Below are positions 1 to 7,350 of a DNA stretch of 32,000 nt, in pieces. The notes under the pieces were generated by a model, which ran no database searches, was not told the origin of the DNA, and was given only the letters and a program-made list of their open reading frames with translations. Both the position numbers and the translations under genes were made by a program. Numbering within the stretch: the stretch's first letter is position 1; each line of letters begins with the position of its first letter. The DNA is from Candidatus Velamenicoccus archaeovorus (GTDB taxonomy: Bacteria > Omnitrophota > Gorgyraeia > Velamenicoccales > Velamenicoccaceae), in assembly GCF_004102945.1 (NCBI RefSeq), contig NZ_CP019384.1:930001-962000 (forward strand). The letters are read 5' to 3'.

Positions 1-259
1 GATTGGAACCGGCAAAGAAATCCACGATCGCCTCGCGCAAACGCGCCAGCTCTTTGAGGCGGGCCTTGCCGGAGACATTGTCCAGAGTCAAGTCGATCAG
101 CTCAAGAGACCGTTCGAATGCCATTTGGCTGTAGGCCGGATTTTGTTTTTTTTTCCAGCTCAAGGCCCTCTCCACCTCGCTTCCGATATGGGCCATTTGT
201 TCCAAAAACGGCAGGCGGCCCCATCGCCCCTGCGCAAGTTCTTTGTGATGCAGGTTCAT
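1..259 (-). CDS. hypothetical protein; C-terminus lies beyond the window edge (86 codons visible)
   Basis: Absent from the ORF track because no stop lies inside the window. My minus-strand translation from ATG 259..257 reads MNLHHKELAQGRWGRLPFLEQMAHIGSEVERALSWKKKQNPAYSQMAFERSLELIDLTLDNVSGKARLKELARLREAIVDFFAGSN and stays open to nt 2. The ATG overlaps the TGA (258..256) of the upstream gene as ATGA. Family not recognised with certainty. Confidence 0.5.
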   Translation of the reverse strand, partial: MNLHHKELAQGRWGRLPFLEQMAHIGSEVERALSWKKKQNPAYSQMAFERSLELIDLTLDNVSGKARLKELARLREAIVDFFAGSN

Positions 260-597
260 TGTTGGACCCTTTTTCTGACGACGGCGATGATTTTTTTGCG
301 CATGCCTTCATCCTCAACCCCGAGGCTTCTATTGTTTTGAGAAGGACGCATGTTGATCATGGAATCAAATTCTATATGGTCGTCTCCTGGAATGTCGGGA
401 TAAAGATTGATTCCCCAGAGGCTATTCTGTTTTGACCCCGCATCCAAAAGCATCGCTTCCAGGTCGGAATGAAGCTCGGCATCGACGGCAAGAAGTTCCT
501 TGTCGACATCGACGACGGCTTTGACGAGGTTTCCGAACCTGCGGACTGCCATGCCTTTCAATTCATCTAAGGTTAATTTTTCGGAGATGATTTTCAT
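256..597 (-). CDS. DUF5674-like small protein (113 aa)
   Basis: ORF-track ORF 256..672 trimmed to ATG 597 (MKIISEKLTLDELKGMA...). The longer form would overlap the radical SAM gene by 64 nt. The blocks KAVVDVDKELLAVDAELHSDLEAMLLDAGSKQNSLWGINLYP...IEFDSMINMRPSQNNRSLGVED match my recollection of the DUF5674 family. AGGA lies about 9 nt upstream. Confidence 0.6.
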   Translation of the reverse strand: MKIISEKLTLDELKGMAVRRFGNLVKAVVDVDKELLAVDAELHSDLEAMLLDAGSKQNSLWGINLYPDIPGDDHIEFDSMINMRPSQNNRSLGVEDEGMRKKIIAVVRKRVQQ

Positions 598-608
598 TCG
601 AGCTGTTC

Positions 609-1550
609 CTAAACGGGTCGAAATTCCCTGGATCCGAAGAGCCGGGGATATTCGATCCACGGGCCTTCGCATTGATTAAACCAGCGGCACGGCGCGCACG
701 TCGGGAATTTCGTTTTGGCCTGGAATTTACGGACGATATCGAAATTGTCGACCGTTTGGTGGATTTCCTTGCATTGAGCCGGTGGAATAAAAAATTCGGA
801 AGCGCAGCGTTCATAAGGCGCCAGGAGACAAAACGGCACGGCCTCCACCATGACGCGCCGTCCAGCCCGCAGGCCGATCTCAAGTCCCTTCTTGATGAAC
901 GGCGCCGCCGCGCCGGCTTTCGGGACGATTTTTTTGTAGTAAATCATGGCGTTGCCTTGGATATGGACAAAAGCGAACTGGAACTGGATGACGCCTAGCT
1001 TGACCAGCAGTTCTGCCAGTTCGGGCAAAAAACGGTAATTCTGTTTTGTCACGACCGTGTTGGTGAGCGTTTTGATCCCCAGGCGGCACATGTTGTGGAT
1101 CCCCAGAACGGTCTGACGCCAGCTTCCCGGAGAACGCGTGAGGCCGTCGTGGATGGCCGCCGTCGGGCCGTGGAGCGCAGGCGCGAACGTCGTCATCCCC
1201 GCGCGTATCATCTGTTTGCAGAAATTCTCGTCCGCGAATTTCCGGCCGTTGGTCTGTATCTGGATTTCGGTGAAACCTGTCGCTTTGGCAAAGGCGACAA
1301 TTTCTTCGATGTCCGGCCTTATGCTGACTTCTCCTCCTGTCAGGACCACATCGGTTTTTCCTTCGCGGAAGGATTCGACGAGCTCGCGCTTGATCTGGCC
1401 GGTTGTCTTCTCGCCGAAAGGCCTCTTGTCCGCAACGACACAGAACAGGCAGTCGTTGGAACATTTGTACCCTACCTTGAGGTCGACCCGGCGGATCACA
1501 GGAACTTCATCTACGAAGTCTTGTTGAGGTAAAACAGGTAGTTTGCCCAT
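609..1550 (-). CDS. radical SAM enzyme with Cys-rich C-terminal (SPASM/twitch-like) extension
   Basis: 313 aa. CxxxCxxC motif CSNDCLFC (C30/C34/C37, nt 1440..1463). GGE-type motif VVLTGGEVS, and IQTNG. Six more Cys in the last 75 aa (C241, C249, C260, C285, C288, C294), including C-x2-C-x5-C (PTCAPCRWFNQCEG). ATG 1550 overlaps the upstream ORF by 40 nt; GTG at 1499 (V18) is an alternative start. Confidence 0.85.
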   Translation of the reverse strand: MGKLPVLPQQDFVDEVPVIRRVDLKVGYKCSNDCLFCVVADKRPFGEKTTGQIKRELVESFREGKTDVVLTGGEVSIRPDIEEIVAFAKATGFTEIQIQTNGRKFADENFCKQMIRAGMTTFAPALHGPTAAIHDGLTRSPGSWRQTVLGIHNMCRLGIKTLTNTVVTKQNYRFLPELAELLVKLGVIQFQFAFVHIQGNAMIYYKKIVPKAGAAAPFIKKGLEIGLRAGRRVMVEAVPFCLLAPYERCASEFFIPPAQCKEIHQTVDNFDIVRKFQAKTKFPTCAPCRWFNQCEGPWIEYPRLFGSREFRPV

Positions 1551-1735
1551 TCAAGGACGTCTTTCAACTGAGCGTTTTTCAATTCGCAGTGACGATAGCT
1601 TTTATCTTTGGTTTTCAACTCTTTGACCCATCCCTTGTCCTCTTTGAGGAGGCGGTCAAGGGGTTCTTGTTTGTAAAGGTCTTTATGGAACTTGAGAACG
1701 AAACTATTTTTTCCCTTTTTTTGCAACGGAAACAT
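1511..1735 (-). CDS. small HxsD-like protein (74 aa), short paralog of the 136-aa protein upstream
   Basis: ATG 1735 overlaps the upstream stop by 32 nt. It aligns by eye with the N-terminal two thirds of the 1704..2114 product (FVLKFHKDLY... / ...VLEWANYLFYLNK versus IILNAKIYAK... / ...MEFYNELLNYAHY). Coding status is supported mainly by this paralogy and by its position in the coupled operon. Confidence 0.45.
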   Translation of the reverse strand: MFPLQKKGKNSFVLKFHKDLYKQEPLDRLLKEDKGWVKELKTKDKSYRHCELKNAQLKDVLEWANYLFYLNKTS

Positions 1736-2114
1736 TCTTTTCTTCCTCCTCGAGCTCTTTGATCAGGTCTTCGATTTCTTTTTCCTCGGCCTCCTGGACG
1801 AGCGATGGGGCTGTTGAGAACAGGGCCCTCTGCATGAGCGATTTGATGGCATCGGCGTTGGCCTTGACGCGCGTGAAGTAATGCGCGTAATTCAACAGCT
1901 CATTATAAAATTCCATGGCCAGTTTTTTCAGATCGGCCGACTCATTCTGGGGGTACAGATAGACGAAGAATTTGTCCGCTGACTGGTCCAGCAGGATATA
2001 AGCCTTGTCCAGGAAGACATACCCGGCCGCAAAGATCGTTTCTTTGGCATATATCTTGGCATTCAGGATGATCTCGGCGTGGTCAGCCGCGATCTTGATG
2101 TGTTTTTCTGGCAT
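1704..2114 (-). CDS. HxsD-like small protein (136 aa) with acidic/lysine-rich tail
   Basis: ATG 2114 has AGGAG (2120..2124) upstream. AEIILNAKIYAKETIFAAGYVFLDKAYILL...FVYLYP...LAMEFYNELLNYAHYFTR resembles the HxsD accessory protein of His-Xaa-Ser radical-SAM systems, whose signature I recall as LLNDYxLRE. The family call is from memory only. Confidence 0.55.
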   Translation of the reverse strand: MPEKHIKIAADHAEIILNAKIYAKETIFAAGYVFLDKAYILLDQSADKFFVYLYPQNESADLKKLAMEFYNELLNYAHYFTRVKANADAIKSLMQRALFSTAPSLVQEAEEKEIEDLIKELEEEEKNVSVAKKGKK

Positions 2115-2180
2115 TTCTTCTCCTTTGATGGTTGGGTGTTGTCGAGGGGAACGAAAGAGTTTTGCGGGACATGAAATATT

Positions 2181-2621
2181 TTATGTGCAAAGATAAATGT
2201 CCTTGACAGCGATATCCGCATAATTGTTTGGGTTGTTTGTGTTGCGGATCTCGACGCGGTCGCGGACGTATATTCCCAGGACGTTATCGCTGGCGAGCAT
2301 GATGCGCGAGTCGTAATCGCCGGAATCGTTGTGGAAATCGATGTAAGGCGTATAACCGCTGCTGCTGCCTCCCAGCTCGATCGAAGCCCCTTGGTCGCTG
2401 GTGAGGGCGCCGTATGAAGTGCTCCCTCCCCATGTCAGTTCCCCGGCGTTGCCGAAGGCCCTGGAATTGCCAACGGCCATCCTGCTGGCGCGCAGGTCCG
2501 AATAGACACCGAAGGGTGAAGGATAATATGTCGTGATCCTGACCTGTTCCTGGGCCAGCGCTGCCTGGGAGAGGGTGAATAAAACCAAGACCGAGCCTAT
2601 CGCGAGGAATATCGTCTTCAT
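2181..2621 (-). CDS. secreted protein of unknown function (146 aa), paralog of 2650..3132
   Basis: ORF 2181..2780 trimmed to ATG 2621. The product starts with a Sec signal peptide MKTIFLAIGSVLVLFTLSQAALA|QEQ. GGAGG lies at 2633..2637. It shares QVxITTYxPSPxGVxS, WGG, DQGxSIExG and PYxxF blocks with the neighbouring gene. Confidence 0.7.
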   Translation of the reverse strand: MKTIFLAIGSVLVLFTLSQAALAQEQVRITTYYPSPFGVYSDLRASRMAVGNSRAFGNAGELTWGGSTSYGALTSDQGASIELGGSSSGYTPYIDFHNDSGDYDSRIMLASDNVLGIYVRDRVEIRNTNNPNNYADIAVKDIYLCT

Positions 2622-2649
2622 ATATTTATCAACCTCCGGTTGCCACGAA

Positions 2650-3132
2650 CTACAGGTATTGAAGGTTTGCTTTTTCAATGGTTCCGTTCTGCCAGCCCCA
2701 GAAATAATAGATTTTCTGCAAGTGGATATCTTTCCATAAACTCCTGTCCAGATTAAAAATGGAAAAGTTGTTCCAGACATAAATATAAAGCCTGTTGTCG
2801 TTATAGAGTTGGACCCTTGTGGTCACGGCGCCTTTGTTAAAGCGGACATAAGGCTGTGCAGCACTGCTTCTGCCGATTTCGATCGACGAACCCTGGTCGC
2901 CTTGCAGCCGCCCCATGGAGTTGGCGCCTCCCCACGCGAACGAACCGTCGCCGCCGGCATATCCAAGCGTCGAGCTGGCGACGCCACGGCTCATGCGTAT
3001 GTAGGAGAAAACACCGTTTGGCGATGGAAAATATGTCGTGATTGTCACCTGGTCCTGTTGCGCCTGGGCCAGGATATTCCATGCGGCCAAAAAGGCCGCC
3101 ACCACGATGAAAAACAATTTCTTTTTGCTCAT
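2650..3132 (-). CDS. secreted protein of unknown function (160 aa), paralog of 2181..2621
   Basis: ATG 3132. Signal peptide MSKKKLFFIVVAAFLAAWNILAQA|QQDQ. Mature region aligns with the downstream paralog. There is no SD; a near-consensus promoter abuts the ATG. Confidence 0.7.
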   Translation of the reverse strand: MSKKKLFFIVVAAFLAAWNILAQAQQDQVTITTYFPSPNGVFSYIRMSRGVASSTLGYAGGDGSFAWGGANSMGRLQGDQGSSIEIGRSSAAQPYVRFNKGAVTTRVQLYNDNRLYIYVWNNFSIFNLDRSLWKDIHLQKIYYFWGWQNGTIEKANLQYL

Positions 3133-3138
3133 ACTAAA

Positions 3139-3167
3139 ATTATATAATCAAAAAAGACAAAATGCAA
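3139..3167 (-). promoter_or_regulatory. sigma70-type promoter TTGCAT-N17-TATAAT, 6 nt upstream of the ATG (candidate leaderless transcript)
   Basis: Minus strand reads taaTTGCATtttgtcttttttgattaTATAATtttagtATG. The -35 is at 3167..3162, the -10 at 3144..3139 and the ATG at 3132..3130. Confidence 0.4.
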
Positions 3168-3254
3168 TTATTTGTTTGTTTCTAACCTATTTTTTCCGAA
3201 AAGTTTACGAGAAAGCCGTTCGATAGAAGTTCTGCGTTTAAGATATCTGCGATT

Positions 3255-5084
3255 TTATCTGCGGCCGCACGCTTCGTTGATGGATTTGAGCACGGAATTG
3301 ATGGGTAAAGCCAGGATGTCATCCAGGGAAAGAGGCAAAACCAGGGTCCAGTTTTTTTCAGAGAGCGTCCCTGGGAAATTGATGCGGTTCTCCCAAGGAT
3401 CGACTTCATAGAGCTGGTCGAGATCCAGGTAGTCCTGGATCAATTGGATGCCGAAGATACAGGCGCTTTCCTGGATTTTTGTCAGGGCATTTTTGATGAA
3501 GGTCGTGGAACAGCTGTCCGGGTTTTCTTTTTCCAGGTCCAGGAATTGAAGGAACTGCCGTTTTTCCTTGAATGATCCCCGGTACATATCCAGGAGGGCC
3601 CATGCTTCGGAGGGTGTCGTTTCAAGGACGCCGAGAAGTTTTTCCTCGGTATCGATCTCTTGTTTCCATCGCAGGCGTCCATGGCGCGACGCCGCCGTGT
3701 CGAAAAGTGTTTCTTTGATGCGGTCGAAAGCGATATTCTTTTTTTCGCAATTTCTGCGGAATAACGCTTCGTCGACCGTCCCGCATTCAAAATCCCACCA
3801 GGCGCAAAGGTTGCTCATGTCGTGCGTCGCGATCGTCGCCAGGGCGCATTTGCGGTAGTCTTCGGGGGATTTGAACGCATAGCTCTTGCCCCACTCGCGC
3901 ATCCAGCGCTGCACGTCGATGCCGGGAATGCCCATCTCGTTGAGGACCTTGAAACAACAATTCGGCACAGTCCCCAGGTCTTCGGCGCAGGCCAGCATGC
4001 TGGAGTGCTTGACCATCAGGGTCAGGAGGTCTTTGCCGTGTTTTTCCCATGTGTTCTCGTCGGCAGGATCGAAGGCGCCGTTGAGGCCGCCGTTTTCCGG
4101 AGGTTCCGACAAGGGAATGGTCCACACACGGAAGATCCCCACGACGTGGTCGATCCGGTAGAGGTCGTAAAAGTTCTGGGCATATTTCAGTTTTTCGATG
4201 ACGTAATCGTAACGATGATGCGCGATGCGGTCCCAGTTGAACGGCGGCATACCCCAACGCTGCCCTTTGGAATACAGGAGATCCGGTGGCGCTCCCGACG
4301 AAAGGTCCAGTTTGAAACAGTCTTGGTGCGACCAGACATCGGCTGAGTCTCTTGATACGAGAAAAGGAATGTCTCCCATGAGGAGCACATTGTTTTTTTG
4401 GGCGTAACTCCTGGCGTCCCTGAATTGCTCGAAGAGCTGCCATTGCAGCCATTGATGGAACAGGATGTTTTGCCTGTAGGCCTCGCGGAATGCCTGCAGG
4501 GCCGTTTTCCCGCGGTTCTTTAAATCCTCCGGCCATCCTTCCCAACCCATGCCCCCGTTCCTTTCTTTAATGACCTTGAAGAGCGCGTAATCCTCGATCC
4601 AGAAGGCGTTGTCCTTCAAGAAGGAGCCGAAGCCGTCCGCCCCCTCAGGAGATATAGATGAGAAGATATCCCAGAGGAGATCGAGCTTGGCTTTTTTAAT
4701 CTGGTAGTCGACCCTCGGACGGCCGGCAGGGAATTTATCCTTGATTTCGAGAAGACGCGGCAGGAAAGGCTTGATATCGGCGCCTTTGAGTTTTTCCAGA
4801 CGCAGATAAAGCGGGTCGAGCGCGAACATGCTCTGGGCATCGTAGGGCCTGAAGTCGAAACCTGTGTCGTTCATGGGCAAAAGCTGGATGATGCTCATGC
4901 CGCAGGCCTTGCACCAGTCAACGAGGAGATGGATGTCGGGAAGCTCGCCTATCCCTGTGCTTTTGGCGCTATAAACAGAGAATAACGGAACGACAACGCC
5001 TGCCCGCCGGTGGATACCGATGCGTTTCCATTGGTCGGCGGTGATCGTTGACAACAGATATGTGTAGTTAGGAAACGACGTCAT
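3255..5084 (-). CDS. malQ: 4-alpha-glucanotransferase (amylomaltase, GH77)
   Basis: 609 aa. The N-terminal block GVVVPLFSVYSAKSTGIGELPDIHLLVDWCKACGMSIIQLLPMND, plus IDHVVGIFRVW and CAEDLGTVP, are typical MalQ/GH77 blocks. Confidence 0.9.
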   Translation of the reverse strand: MTSFPNYTYLLSTITADQWKRIGIHRRAGVVVPLFSVYSAKSTGIGELPDIHLLVDWCKACGMSIIQLLPMNDTGFDFRPYDAQSMFALDPLYLRLEKLKGADIKPFLPRLLEIKDKFPAGRPRVDYQIKKAKLDLLWDIFSSISPEGADGFGSFLKDNAFWIEDYALFKVIKERNGGMGWEGWPEDLKNRGKTALQAFREAYRQNILFHQWLQWQLFEQFRDARSYAQKNNVLLMGDIPFLVSRDSADVWSHQDCFKLDLSSGAPPDLLYSKGQRWGMPPFNWDRIAHHRYDYVIEKLKYAQNFYDLYRIDHVVGIFRVWTIPLSEPPENGGLNGAFDPADENTWEKHGKDLLTLMVKHSSMLACAEDLGTVPNCCFKVLNEMGIPGIDVQRWMREWGKSYAFKSPEDYRKCALATIATHDMSNLCAWWDFECGTVDEALFRRNCEKKNIAFDRIKETLFDTAASRHGRLRWKQEIDTEEKLLGVLETTPSEAWALLDMYRGSFKEKRQFLQFLDLEKENPDSCSTTFIKNALTKIQESACIFGIQLIQDYLDLDQLYEVDPWENRINFPGTLSEKNWTLVLPLSLDDILALPINSVLKSINEACGRR

Positions 5085-5110
5085 TGGTTGGGACGGTCTA
5101 TCCTGTTTTC

Positions 5111-5155
5111 AATAAAGAGGGACGCTTGTGGCAACCACAAGCGTCCCTCTTTATT
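5111..5155 (-). terminator. rho-independent terminator downstream of gap (perfect 21-bp inverted repeat, structurally bidirectional)
   Basis: aataaagagggacgcttgtgg (5111..5131), loop caa, ccacaagcgtccctctttatt (5135..5155). A GC-rich core stem is followed by UUUAUU on either strand. It sits 35 nt after the gap stop. Confidence 0.65.
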
Positions 5156-5189
5156 TCCATCATCGGCAACAGACGGTGATTCTTGGAGT

Positions 5190-6325
<1,136 letters not shown>

Positions 6326-6348
6326 TGGATTTTAGAATTAGGAATTGT

Positions 6349-7350
6349 TTATATCCTTACGTCCCTCAGGTATTTAATCGCGACTTCCGGCGGCGTGGAG
6401 ACCGCATAAAACCCTGTTCCCCATTCGAAGCCTGCGATGCGGCTCAGGCGCGGCATGATCTCCATATGCCAGTGATACCCCTGCCGTTCTTCCCCGTCGA
6501 TAGGCGAGGTATGGATGATAAAATTATACGGCGGATCGTTCAGGACCGCCTTCATTCTTATGAGCACTTCTTTTAATATCCCGGCCATGCTGGCAATGCT
6601 CTCGTCGGAGATGTTATGGAAAAACAACTGGTGTTCTTTCGGCATTACCCACATCTCGAAAGGGAAGCGTGAGGCAAAAGGGCAAAACGCGATAAACTGG
6701 TCGTTTTGCGTGATGATCCGTTCTTTTTCATCCAATTCCTGGCGGATCATATCGCAGAAGATGCAGCGTTCCCGGAACTCAAAATAGGCCCCGGATCCTT
6801 TCAGCTCCTCGATCACGTTTTTGGGGATCATGGGCAGGGCGATGAGCTGGCTGTGGTTGTGATCGAGTGTCGCGCCGGCGCCGCTGCCGTAATTCTTGAA
6901 AATCATGAGGTATTTGAAGCGTTTGTCTTTTTGGAGGTCCAGGGAACGCAGGCAATACATCTTGAGGACGTTCCCGATTTCTCCTAGCTCCAGGTCGGAC
7001 AGGTCTTTCTCGTGGTAAGGGGTTTCAATGATGATCTCGTGAGCGCCGATGCCGTTGGACATATCGAAGATCCCCAACCCTCTTCTGTCGAGATTACCTT
7101 CGATCTGGAGCGCCGGGAATTTATTGGGCACCACCCTCACCTGCCATCCGGCCGCGTTCTTCTCGGTTTTTGGGTTGCGAAAGGCCTGGATTTCCGGCGG
7201 CGTCATATATTCGTTGCCGTAACAAAACGGGCAATTGGCCGCATCCTCGTAATGATGCGGCGTCATGTGCAGGTCTTTGGGTATCATGGGCTGGTCCATT
7301 TCCATGATGACCCAGCGTCCGACAATGGGGTCTCGCCTGAGCTCTGTCAC
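6349..7350 (-). CDS. galT: galactose-1-phosphate uridylyltransferase family protein (HIT-type, catalytic HxH intact)
   Basis: 333 aa, with a GTG start in a GTGA overlap with the upstream gene. RRDPIVGRWVIM N-terminus; CPFCYGNE zinc CxxC; GIGAHEIIIETP; H164-N-H166-SQ (nt 6853..6861); YHWHMEIMPR. Confidence 0.8.
   Translation of the reverse strand: MTELRRDPIVGRWVIMEMDQPMIPKDLHMTPHHYEDAANCPFCYGNEYMTPPEIQAFRNPKTEKNAAGWQVRVVPNKFPALQIEGNLDRRGLGIFDMSNGIGAHEIIIETPYHEKDLSDLELGEIGNVLKMYCLRSLDLQKDKRFKYLMIFKNYGSGAGATLDHNHSQLIALPMIPKNVIEELKGSGAYFEFRERCIFCDMIRQELDEKERIITQNDQFIAFCPFASRFPFEMWVMPKEHQLFFHNISDESIASMAGILKEVLIRMKAVLNDPPYNFIIHTSPIDGEERQGYHWHMEIMPRLSRIAGFEWGTGFYAVSTPPEVAIKYLRDVRI

Noticed and set aside
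146-154. T9 homopolymer (A9 on the coding strand, encoding KKK), a possible slipped-strand phase-variation site
   Set aside because: It is a single tract of borderline length in a gene of unknown function. No second reading frame becomes productive after a +/-1 shift, as far as I checked. This is most simply a Lys-Lys-Lys codon run.
203-233. Terminator-like hairpin (gcaggggcgatggggccgcctgc followed by cgttttt on the minus strand) just downstream of the DUF5674 stop
   Set aside because: Hand translation showed an uninterrupted coding frame from ATG 259 to the window edge, ATGA-coupled to the upstream gene. The hairpin therefore lies inside a CDS. Its stem also needs a bulge.
598-672. Longer form of the DUF5674 ORF starting at 672
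   Set aside because: It would overlap the radical SAM gene by 64 nt and adds a basic, low-complexity extension. The family-typical N-terminus MKIISEKLTLDELK starts at 597.
2622-2780. 53-codon N-terminal extension of the 2181.. secreted-protein ORF
   Set aside because: The extension overlaps the upstream paralog's 3' end. The internal ATG 2621 is preceded by GGAGG and opens a textbook signal peptide that aligns with the paralog's N-terminus.
6406-6435. 30-nt exact match between the two GalT paralogs (also at 7404..7433), considered as a mobile or regulatory repeat
   Set aside because: It is in frame in both genes and encodes the conserved AGFEWGTGFY block. It is better explained by paralogy, with possible micro-conversion, and is mentioned under the GalT finding.
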